A stretch of DNA of 38,724 bases from IMG/VR virus record IMGVR_UViG_3300025277_000055, positions 1-38,724 of that record; one strand, given 5' to 3'. Within the stretch, counting starts at the first letter, position 1. Each line of letters opens with the position of its first letter. The notes below the pieces were generated by a model. The model saw only the letters and a list, made by a program, of their open reading frames with translations, was not told the origin of the DNA and did not search any database. Below, piece by piece: positions 8,057 to 14,707 of this stretch. Source of the stretch: a virus (lineage: Duplodnaviria > Caudoviricetes). Position numbers and translations under genes: made by a program.

Positions 8057-8240
8057 TTATCACCTCGAAAGCAAAGGATGCCTCTTCCGATATATACGAA
8101 TACCCTCTGCAAACCCAAAGTATGTCATACCTGCGTATATCTTCACCGGGCGAGTATGAATGAGGCCTATCAGTTATCTTTGTAATCAATCCGTGTTTTC
8201 CCTTTGTCCAGCCGTGCTTTACTAAATCACCGACTTTCAT
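8043..8240 (-). CDS. Small KOW/SH3-like array protein
   Basis: MKVGDLV...GLI...ILW...FEVISEEG. Confidence 0.75.
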   Translation of the reverse strand: MKVGDLVKHGWTKGKHGLITKITDRPHSYSPGEDIRRYDILWVCRGYSYISEEASFAFEVISEEG

Positions 8241-8503
8241 TTCTTTTTTGGAGCCCTGTACATTTTGAGATCACTTCTCTTGAAATGTCCTGATTTGCTC
8301 CACATCATTCTTTTTAAGCCTTTATACTTAGGATTGATCCATTGAACAATATAATAAGTTGTTTGATCCCAGTGGCTATCACTCTTGTATACCTCCGTAA
8401 GAAGTCCAACTAGTTTACCGTCTTGCCAATCCCTGTGATGTCGCCACATATTCTCAAGATTAGAACCGTACTGTGATAGTGTTACTAAATCTCCTACTTT
8501 CAT
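8237..8503 (-). CDS. Small KOW/SH3-like array protein
   Basis: MKVGDLVTLSQYG...GLL...VQW. Confidence 0.75.
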   Translation of the reverse strand: MKVGDLVTLSQYGSNLENMWRHHRDWQDGKLVGLLTEVYKSDSHWDQTTYYIVQWINPKYKGLKRMMWSKSGHFKRSDLKMYRAPKKK

Positions 8504-8736
8504 TTTACCTCCGATACTATTATCAAATTTTCTGGTTGTTCGTTGCAGATACCCTTCATATCAAACCATTTCACTGGATATACTTCGCCCGCTAACTCAG
8601 TCTTGCGATAATAATCTTCTATATCCTCCTCATCAACGACATCTGCTAGAAGCCTACCACTTCCAGTAACAACGCCCAGACATTGCTCGTCTGGTGAGTC
8701 ATTTTTGTACAAAACCAATGTTCCGATTTTCAACAT
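8500..8736 (-). CDS. Small KOW/SH3-like array protein
   Basis: Start moved to ATG 8736; MLKIGTLV...GVV...VKW...LIIVSE. Confidence 0.7.
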   Translation of the reverse strand: MLKIGTLVLYKNDSPDEQCLGVVTGSGRLLADVVDEEDIEDYYRKTELAGEVYPVKWFDMKGICNEQPENLIIVSEVK

Positions 8737-8742
8737 GTTCCC

Positions 8743-8771
8743 ATTATAGCAAAAACCAATGTGATTGTCAA
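8743..8771 (-). promoter_or_regulatory. sigma70-type promoter TTGACA-17-TATAAT, probably leaderless transcript
   Basis: Perfect consensus; -10 ends 6 nt before ATG 8736. Confidence 0.8.
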
Positions 8772-8783
8772 GAAAAAAATTGT

Positions 8784-8999
8784 TCAACAATTTCCAGGAC
8801 TTATAATTTCCAGTCCGTCGATGGCGACCAAACGCGACCACCCTGACGGACTAACAACGCGAACATGAGTGTGCGAAAACATAGGATCTCCATCATGATA
8901 AGGCTCTTGTCTTTCTAGATCGATGACTATGAAAAGGTTATCGTCTGGATAACCCTTCATCATGTCATCTTTCCAATAAACTAAGTCGCCTACTTTCAT
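8784..8999 (-). CDS. Small KOW/SH3-like array protein
   Basis: Start moved to ATG 8999; MKVGDLV...LEIIS. Confidence 0.75.
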   Translation of the reverse strand: MKVGDLVYWKDDMMKGYPDDNLFIVIDLERQEPYHDGDPMFSHTHVRVVSPSGWSRLVAIDGLEIISPGNC

Positions 9000-9009
9000 T
9001 CTTGTCTTA

Positions 9010-9153
9010 CTAACAAGGAGTAGGTCCGCCCCAAATCTTATCCTTGCCGTACATGGCTTCAAGCATTTCCTTGGCTGCAAAGAAGTTAGGGGCTTGGACA
9101 TAGACTTCGATATGCCCAGAATCAAGTTTTAGTTTCGCTCTCCAGTTTTGCAT
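9010..9153 (-). CDS. Hypothetical 47-aa protein, not in ORF track
   Basis: MQNWRAKLKLDSGHIEVYVQAPNFFAAKEMLEAMYGKDKIWGGPTPC; GAGGAG RBS; directly after a promoter. Confidence 0.7.
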   Translation of the reverse strand: MQNWRAKLKLDSGHIEVYVQAPNFFAAKEMLEAMYGKDKIWGGPTPC

Positions 9154-9180
9154 CGTTTTCTCCTCGATTGTTGTATTACC

Positions 9181-9209
9181 ATTATAACAAAGAAAAGAAC
9201 AGTTGTCAA
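9181..9209 (-). promoter_or_regulatory. sigma70-type promoter TTGACA-17-TATAAT, extended -10
   Basis: Perfect consensus followed by acaacaatcgag leader. Confidence 0.85.
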
Positions 9210-9222
9210 GAAAAAAATTTCT

Positions 9223-9408
9223 TTAATGATCTCGGGAGCTTACAAGATACAATTCCTCTTCAGAGGCCCAAACTGACCACCCTGTTGACGGATTAATAAC
9301 GCGAACGTCATAATTAAGTCTTGCTAGCTCAACAATCACCATTGGTTTTCCATCTAAAAGTCCGTACATAAGCTCTGATGTCCAACAAACCAGATCACCA
9401 ACCTTCAC
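9223..9408 (-). CDS. Small KOW/SH3-like array protein
   Basis: MKVGDLV...LYLVS; resembles 8784..8999. Confidence 0.75.
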   Translation of the reverse strand: MKVGDLVCWTSELMYGLLDGKPMVIVELARLNYDVRVINPSTGWSVWASEEELYLVSSRDH

Positions 9409-9616
9409 TAATCACCTCAAATGCTGATTCCACAAGGGGGTGCGCGTAATTAAACTTTGGGAAGAAGATAAAATAAGATCCTTGCACAGGATTTCGTACA
9501 CTCTGTACAATTCCTAGTTCTCCTTTAATTTCGTGTTCCATTAACACTGCACAGTTATTTTCAATACGAGCGATTTCAGGTTGCCATACGCAACGAACTA
9601 AGTCACCTACTTTCAT
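9395..9616 (-). CDS. Small KOW/SH3-like array protein
   Basis: Start moved to ATG 9616; MKVGDLV...GIV...FEVISEGW. Confidence 0.75.
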   Translation of the reverse strand: MKVGDLVRCVWQPEIARIENNCAVLMEHEIKGELGIVQSVRNPVQGSYFIFFPKFNYAHPLVESAFEVISEGW

Positions 9617-9896
9617 TATCTTTCTCGTCGTTTGCAACTCCAAGCATGGCATAACCACAAATGTCTCTCCAAGGGCTTTCGCCAAAAGCATCTTTCTTTG
9701 TGGCTAGTCTAAACAACTTATCAATGACTCGCGTAATTGCTAACGCATCTCTGTACTGTTCAGGTTTTATCCCATCAGGATAAAGAACTTTAAGAATCTC
9801 GCATGATTGTCCGAAGGAGTTGCCATAGGCTTCGTTCTTTTCTTGAACAAGCTTTCCAATTTCTAATCCAATATCTTTATAATTATAATCTTTCAT
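9603..9896 (-). CDS. DUF1599 / nucleotide-modification-associated-domain-like helical protein
   Basis: KNEAYGNSF...R.IDKL.RL...D..GYA.L pattern. Confidence 0.55.
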   Translation of the reverse strand: MKDYNYKDIGLEIGKLVQEKNEAYGNSFGQSCEILKVLYPDGIKPEQYRDALAITRVIDKLFRLATKKDAFGESPWRDICGYAMLGVANDEKDNESR

Positions 9897-9898
9897 TT

Positions 9899-10141
9899 TT
9901 AGCTTTCTGTTTTTGCAAGCACTTCTAGTTCATCATGAAATAGTGTTGCTTTAGTTCCATCAAGAAAAATAATTTTAATCCAACGATCTTCTACTCCAAA
10001 CTGATCATACTTCTTAGAAATACCCTCTATAGCAACGTCAACAACAACGCCAGTTATATTTTTGTTTTCAGTCTCTCCTGGATAGTGAGAAGTTTCTTTC
10101 ATTTTAACCAAATCACCAATTTGTATTTGTTTACTCTTCAT
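9899..10141 (-). CDS. Small KOW/SH3-like array protein
   Basis: IQIGDLV...GVVV...ELEVL. Confidence 0.75.
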   Translation of the reverse strand: MKSKQIQIGDLVKMKETSHYPGETENKNITGVVVDVAIEGISKKYDQFGVEDRWIKIIFLDGTKATLFHDELEVLAKTES

Positions 10142-10370
10142 TCTCTACTGGCATAAGCCAGGCTTTCGATAGCGTTATTTTTTTCCCGTTTCTAAACAAA
10201 ACTGTGAAAAGTTCCTCAGCGGGAAGTTCTGGAAAATCTAAAAAATCTTCCTTCGATTCTACTAATATGCCGGTGCAATCTCCAAGTGTTTTTATATACC
10301 TATCATCAAAAGCGTATGAGTGTTTTGCCACCCTCTCTTTATTCAACTTTACCAAATCACCGACCTTCAC
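10131..10370 (-). CDS. Small KOW/SH3-like array protein
   Basis: MKVGDLV...GIL...VLF. Confidence 0.75.
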   Translation of the reverse strand: MKVGDLVKLNKERVAKHSYAFDDRYIKTLGDCTGILVESKEDFLDFPELPAEELFTVLFRNGKKITLSKAWLMPVENEE

Positions 10371-10548
10371 TAATCGGTCCTTTTTTAATCAGCCCTTTTT
10401 CAATCAGCCGTGTCGCTATGCGCCCATAAAAACCTTGCAAGGACCATGCCAATCCCGTGTCTACCAAATGTTGAAAGAGTTCGATTGTCTCCTCGTCAGA
10501 AAGATGTCCCTCTTCGTAGGCAATAAGTTTAGAAGTCAAATCATCCAT
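10357..10548 (-). CDS. Conserved small helical phage protein
   Basis: LFQHLVDTGLAWSLQGFYGR motif; GGAG RBS; first gene after a promoter. Confidence 0.65.
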   Translation of the reverse strand: MDDLTSKLIAYEEGHLSDEETIELFQHLVDTGLAWSLQGFYGRIATRLIEKGLIKKGPISEGR

Positions 10549-10577
10549 TTTTTCTCTCCGATTTTGAATGTGTCCCC

Positions 10578-10606
10578 ATCATAACACGAATCGAGTCGGT
10601 TGTCAA
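10578..10606 (-). promoter_or_regulatory. sigma70-type promoter TTGACA-17-TATGAT, extended -10
   Basis: Same cassette as 4556; marks the start of the early array. Confidence 0.8.
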
Positions 10607-10609
10607 GCA

Positions 10610-12010
10610 TTATTTCAAAAATTTAGCAAAATATTCTTGCAAAGGTGAAGGAGCAGCTGGTTCCAGATGTCTGGACTCCCAACCCGGGTCAGACCATTTT
10701 CTTCTTTCCAACTCCTCCGCTGTCTGTTTTCTCTGGGCGTGGGATTTGGCGTTTTTTGCGAGATATTCCAGAACGTCAATTGGTGTAGCAGGATTTTTAG
10801 TAAGACTGTAAGCAATTGCCGAAATATCTTCGAATTCTTTAGTAGCCAACAGGCGTAGAACTTCTGTTTTCACTTTGGGGCCGGTCCCAAAGTGCTTGGT
10901 TGCGAGCGGCTTAAGCCAATGCTCCCTTCTCTCTTTGGGTATGGAAGCTATCGCAGTTTTTATTTCATCGAGAGAAGCATCTGAACCAATCCTTACCATT
11001 TTATTCAGATCGTACCTTTTAAGTATCTGATATTTTTCATATGCCTCTGTCTTTATAAGCTGGCCATGAAGCGCTTCAAAAGTTTCCTTGGACACCGGAC
11101 TATCATACCGATCCATAAATTGCTCTGTGCCATAATGAAACTGAAATTTTGCAAGAAGAGAGAGATCTTCGAAGTCTCTCCGCTCAAAAATAAACAAAGG
11201 ATTATCCTCTTGATAATACTCTTCAAAATAATCCAAGCCAGGGATAGCAGTACACCAATCTGCTGTTCCGTGGAAACAAGAAGCTGCCTTGTTATGGATA
11301 CCCATTATAACCCATCCACCTTTTCCTGGTACTGTTTCAGGATTGTCTAAGTCAATTTCTCCCCCCGCATTTTTCTTCCACTCTCCTCTAAGAAATTCTG
11401 TACCTTCCACAATCAGATTGGGATTCTTAATCTTTTTTTGTCGACTTTTTTCAATCTCTGGGCGGGCCTCTTCCACAACGGAATAAAGTTCTTCTAGTGA
11501 ACCAATTTGCATTATTTGATTTTTTGACATCAAATGCTTATGATGGAAATACGTCTCTAGAGCATGTGCTATCGGTCGCGAGATGCCGTCTGGGACGGGG
11601 CCGCCAACCAATTCCTTCATAAGGCTGTCGAATGACGCTGTATCTTCTTCGCTTTTTAGTATTTTTAACAACCACAGTATTGCCTCGCCTTTTTGACCAT
11701 CTGTTATATCACCTGGTATTAAATCTCCTTTATGTGGATGAAGGTTTAATGCCAGGCCGGACAAGATCCTTCTAAATCTGTCATGTTTAAATTCCTGTGT
11801 TTGTGTGCGGCCGTACCACGGATCATCTGGCTCGGCCCATTCGTGTTCGTGCTGTTCCATATATCTTAGTATCAAATCTCTAATGGCGTTGGGTACCTTG
11901 GGCTCTAGAGGCGTCGGCCAGTCGAGTTGCGTCTTCATGACGCCTTTTTCACCTTCCCATTGAATTTCTGTTAGAAGATATTTGCGCCAATTTTCAAATA
12001 ATAGTTTCAC
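10610..12010 (-). CDS. MKLLFENW-leader protein, 466 aa, with ASC..G...WCT domain and LRV-like helical end
   Basis: Leader MKLLFENWRKYLLTE; AASCFHGTADWCTA...KFQFH...FMD; NPATPIDVLEYLA. Confidence 0.7.
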   Translation of the reverse strand: MKLLFENWRKYLLTEIQWEGEKGVMKTQLDWPTPLEPKVPNAIRDLILRYMEQHEHEWAEPDDPWYGRTQTQEFKHDRFRRILSGLALNLHPHKGDLIPGDITDGQKGEAILWLLKILKSEEDTASFDSLMKELVGGPVPDGISRPIAHALETYFHHKHLMSKNQIMQIGSLEELYSVVEEARPEIEKSRQKKIKNPNLIVEGTEFLRGEWKKNAGGEIDLDNPETVPGKGGWVIMGIHNKAASCFHGTADWCTAIPGLDYFEEYYQEDNPLFIFERRDFEDLSLLAKFQFHYGTEQFMDRYDSPVSKETFEALHGQLIKTEAYEKYQILKRYDLNKMVRIGSDASLDEIKTAIASIPKERREHWLKPLATKHFGTGPKVKTEVLRLLATKEFEDISAIAYSLTKNPATPIDVLEYLAKNAKSHAQRKQTAEELERRKWSDPGWESRHLEPAAPSPLQEYFAKFLK

Positions 12011-12696
12011 TACTCATATTCCTTTAGCATACTCAAAATGTGAGCATCGCGTTTCTTGGCAGACTTTGTGCCTCCATATGTGCCATACTGTATATTACTA
12101 AATATATCTATAGCCTCTTTTCTTTCATTCGGGGTAAGCATTTTAATAACATCTTCCAGATGGCTGGTCGATCTTAGCCCATCTAAATATTTCTTTTTAA
12201 GTCGTGTGTCGCTAAACCTTTCCCATTCTTCATCCGAAAACCAACCAGGTTTTTTGGTGGAGCCTCTGCGGCGCGACGGAAGCCAACCTGAATATTCTAC
12301 TTCGCGGCGTAGGGCGTCTGCTGACATTTTTTTACCAAGAAACTCAATCTCGTCTCCAGCTTTCTTCCAAGTCTCCCCTGAAATATATATTTCAGTGCCC
12401 GAATCAAAGCGGTGAATTCCCTTTTCCTTCTTGATTACCCAATGGGGAACTTTATAAACATACACATTGCCGCTTACACCATGAAATTTCGAAATATCTA
12501 TGTAGTTTGGCGACATAAACACACCGGTATCAGGCATCGGAGCACGATGGCTGCGGCCCCAAACATAAGTCTCAGGGGCTGTTGGCTCTGGTTTCGCCGG
12601 AGTTGGGCCAATGTGATACAAAATAACTTTGTCTTTCTGGACACGCAGCGTGACTTCAGCAAGATATTGGCGCCAATTTTCAAATAGGAGTTTCAT
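12010..12696 (-). CDS. MKLLFENW-leader protein, putative ADP-ribosyltransferase-like fold
   Basis: Leader MKLLFENWRQYLAE; LYHIG, GVFMSP and TEIYI in ART-like order. Confidence 0.5.
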   Translation of the reverse strand: MKLLFENWRQYLAEVTLRVQKDKVILYHIGPTPAKPEPTAPETYVWGRSHRAPMPDTGVFMSPNYIDISKFHGVSGNVYVYKVPHWVIKKEKGIHRFDSGTEIYISGETWKKAGDEIEFLGKKMSADALRREVEYSGWLPSRRRGSTKKPGWFSDEEWERFSDTRLKKKYLDGLRSTSHLEDVIKMLTPNERKEAIDIFSNIQYGTYGGTKSAKKRDAHILSMLKEYE

Positions 12697-13343
12697 GGTC
12701 CTTTTCCCCTTTCCAAAAAACTTTGCAGAGTATCTTCTGGGCGAAATTCGCTAAAGATGATTTCTTCTGGCTGCAATTGTTTAATTATCCTCACATCCCT
12801 CAGAAGTGGTTCGCCATCTGCGCCGACGTCATAAGTCCACTCCATTGAGTATTTTACTTTTTCTATTTCCTTGTTTAGTCGCGTAGCTTCTTTCTCGTAC
12901 TCTGCCGGAGAGAGATCCTCTTCCTCCAATTCCTCCAGTTCGTATTTCAATTCCTCCAGTTCGGCCCGGGCGCGGTGATACGCATCTTCGTCGGTGAGGT
13001 TTGTGCGAATTAGATCTCCCTCTACCAGGAAGATATTATCTACGTCCAACGCCTTTGTTAGCATGTGTCCCCAGTAATTTTCTCCCAAACCGTAGCGCGC
13101 TCTGCTTTCTTCCGGGTCGATCAGGATGTACTTGCCCTTCATTGGGTACGTGAAATATACTGAGACGCCCGCCTCAACTCCCGTACTTCCTATGTCGGCC
13201 AGAAAATCTGAGTCCAGTCCCATCCTGGAGGACTTACCGAACTTTCCAAATCTAATAAAGCTCCTATTATGAGGATCTTCGAATTTTTCTTGTGGATATT
13301 CCTTTAATAAGAATTTGCGCCAATTTTCAAGTAATAGTTTCAT
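12693..13343 (-). CDS. MKLLFENW-leader protein, possible R-S-E ART-like domain with coiled-coil insert
   Basis: Leader MKLLLENWRKFLLKE; FIRFG, GVSVY, GADGEPLL. Confidence 0.45.
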   Translation of the reverse strand: MKLLLENWRKFLLKEYPQEKFEDPHNRSFIRFGKFGKSSRMGLDSDFLADIGSTGVEAGVSVYFTYPMKGKYILIDPEESRARYGLGENYWGHMLTKALDVDNIFLVEGDLIRTNLTDEDAYHRARAELEELKYELEELEEEDLSPAEYEKEATRLNKEIEKVKYSMEWTYDVGADGEPLLRDVRIIKQLQPEEIIFSEFRPEDTLQSFLERGKGP

Positions 13344-13350
13344 AATGACC

Positions 13351-14085
13351 TCAAGCTAATTTTCTCATTATCACATCAGGCCTACCGTACTTATAGCTAT
13401 TAAACTTTAAATTTGGATTAATTGCAATATTAAAATTATCTTCCGCAACAACTTCTGTCTTTTCGTTTGGCAGAGTGTCAGGATCTTCAAAGATTAATCC
13501 ATCAAGAGCTTCTGCATATACGCTGGTTGAAGGATTCAGGATGTTTATTGAATCATAGTTCCATTTTTCAGGTTTATATTGTTCGTCCCATTGATAAACT
13601 TCATAAACATCAGTGAATCCGTGCTTTCTGTACAGACCGCTCAAGAACCCATCAAAATGATCTAATCGCGCACCTCCAACTTCTTTTGCCTTCCTCATAA
13701 ACTCACTACCCAACCCCCTCAATTCAGAATTATTATGAACGCTAACTATATCATCTCCACTCTTTATGGCAAATCCAGCATTGTGATTTTCTAACAGATG
13801 TAGGTCCATTTTTACCAACTCTTCAAAAGAATAATAAGATAGAAATCCAGCTCTTTTACCTTGATATAAAGATTCATGAAACTTTTTAACAACTTCTAGA
13901 TCTGGATTTTCAGCTCTACTAGAAATATATTGAAGCTGTGTAATTTCTGCTTCAGTTATATTTCCCTCATCTCTAAACACAGATGCAGCAAACATAGAAT
14001 TGTAAGCTACTTCTGAGAATCTGGCGTCTACTTTGGAATTCCCTTCCTTAAGATATCTACGCCAATTTTCAAATAATAGTTTCAT
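13351..14085 (-). CDS. MKLLFENW-leader protein, GNAT-like
   Basis: Start moved to ATG 14085; IVSVHN...RGLGSEFM..A...GG..LD.FD..L..LY.KHGF. Confidence 0.55.
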   Translation of the reverse strand: MKLLFENWRRYLKEGNSKVDARFSEVAYNSMFAASVFRDEGNITEAEITQLQYISSRAENPDLEVVKKFHESLYQGKRAGFLSYYSFEELVKMDLHLLENHNAGFAIKSGDDIVSVHNNSELRGLGSEFMRKAKEVGGARLDHFDGFLSGLYRKHGFTDVYEVYQWDEQYKPEKWNYDSINILNPSTSVYAEALDGLIFEDPDTLPNEKTEVVAEDNFNIAINPNLKFNSYKYGRPDVIMRKLA

Positions 14086-14089
14086 AACT

Positions 14090-14098
14090 ATAAATAGT
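14090..14098 (-). promoter_or_regulatory. Putative phage late-promoter motif ACTATTTAT
   Basis: ACTAWTTAN recurs at 16416, 17425, 18055, 23624, 27131, 30250 and 32374, always just upstream of a gene. Confidence 0.55.
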
Positions 14099-14101
14099 TG
14101 C

Positions 14102-14263
14102 TCACTGCGAAGAAAGGTTTTTTTCTCTCTTAAGCCAGTCTTTTTCTTCATCGTAAGTTATAAGGCGAAGTCTGAGATCAAACTTTTTATGATCTTCTTT
14201 TTTGATCTCTTCCGCTTCTTTTTCTGTTAGCCATTTGCCCTCAACTATATCGTAAATTTTCAT
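14102..14263 (-). CDS. Hypothetical 53-aa protein
   Basis: Start moved to ATG 14263 with GGAG RBS. Confidence 0.55.
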   Translation of the reverse strand: MKIYDIVEGKWLTEKEAEEIKKEDHKKFDLRLRLITYDEEKDWLKREKNLSSQ

Positions 14264-14486
14264 AATTTGGATCTCCGTGTTTACTAATGATTGTGCACCT
14301 TCTTTTATATACCCAGCAAGAGCCGTCGTCCGTCGTTTCAAGTGGAATCGGCGTTGTGCCAACCCAATAAATTTTAATCATCAAATCAAAATCTCCCGTA
14401 ACTATTGCAAAGCCAGCCAGATAATGCTTGTGAAAATCTATTCTGGACCATCTGATTAAATCACCTATTGTAGGCTCAAGTATCAC
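14241..14486 (-). CDS. KOW/SH3-like small protein
   Basis: PTIGDLI...IV...IYW...IIS. Confidence 0.6.
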   Translation of the reverse strand: MILEPTIGDLIRWSRIDFHKHYLAGFAIVTGDFDLMIKIYWVGTTPIPLETTDDGSCWVYKRRCTIISKHGDPNYENLRYS

Positions 14487-14501
14487 ATAGTAAATATGAT
14501 G

Positions 14502-14633
14502 CTAGCGTCGCCTTCTTCCTTGTCCTCTTGATTTTTTCCCTTTTTTATGGTATTTAGAATTTTTGTGAGTGGAACGGTAAGTATGTTTTCCATCCCCTTG
14601 TCTTGTTTTCTTTGCTTTTTTTCTTTGTGCCAT
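14502..14633 (-). CDS. Highly basic 43-aa peptide, not in ORF track
   Basis: MAQRKKAKKTRQGDGKHTYRSTHKNSKYHKKGKKSRGQGRRRR; GGAG RBS. Confidence 0.65.
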   Translation of the reverse strand: MAQRKKAKKTRQGDGKHTYRSTHKNSKYHKKGKKSRGQGRRRR

Positions 14634-14707
14634 TTAACTTCTCCATGCTATTACACATAATACGATAGTAATTGTCCAACAAAAGGCCAGTAGCATTAGA
14701 GACGGAC

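Larger units (their letters stand above)
1957..10548 (-). repeat. Dispersed junction repeat, approx. (tt)GGAGGTnnTnA-RTGAAAGTCGGTGA-TYTRGT, in about 22 gene overlaps
   Basis: 14-nt start/stop overlaps beginning at 2174, 2382, 2593, 2753, 2934, 3115, 3700, 3887, 4059, 4207, 4349, 4973, 5148, 5302, 5516, 5754, 6391, 7841, 8043, 9395, 9603, 10357; 3115 and 8043 are divergent copies. Confidence 0.9.

Noticed and set aside
2174-10370. CRISPR array suggested by regularly recurring short repeats
   Set aside because: Repeats are degenerate and coding, spacing is about 150-250 bp of intact ORF, and no cas genes are present
1957-10548. Classical integron cassette array
   Set aside because: Genes overlap with no room for attC hairpins, I saw no RYYYAAC/GTTRRRY pairs, and there is no integrase in the window
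12928-12964. Short internal repeat caattcctccagttcg x2
   Set aside because: Local coding duplication within a Glu-rich coil (ELEELKYELEEL); no sign of a separate function
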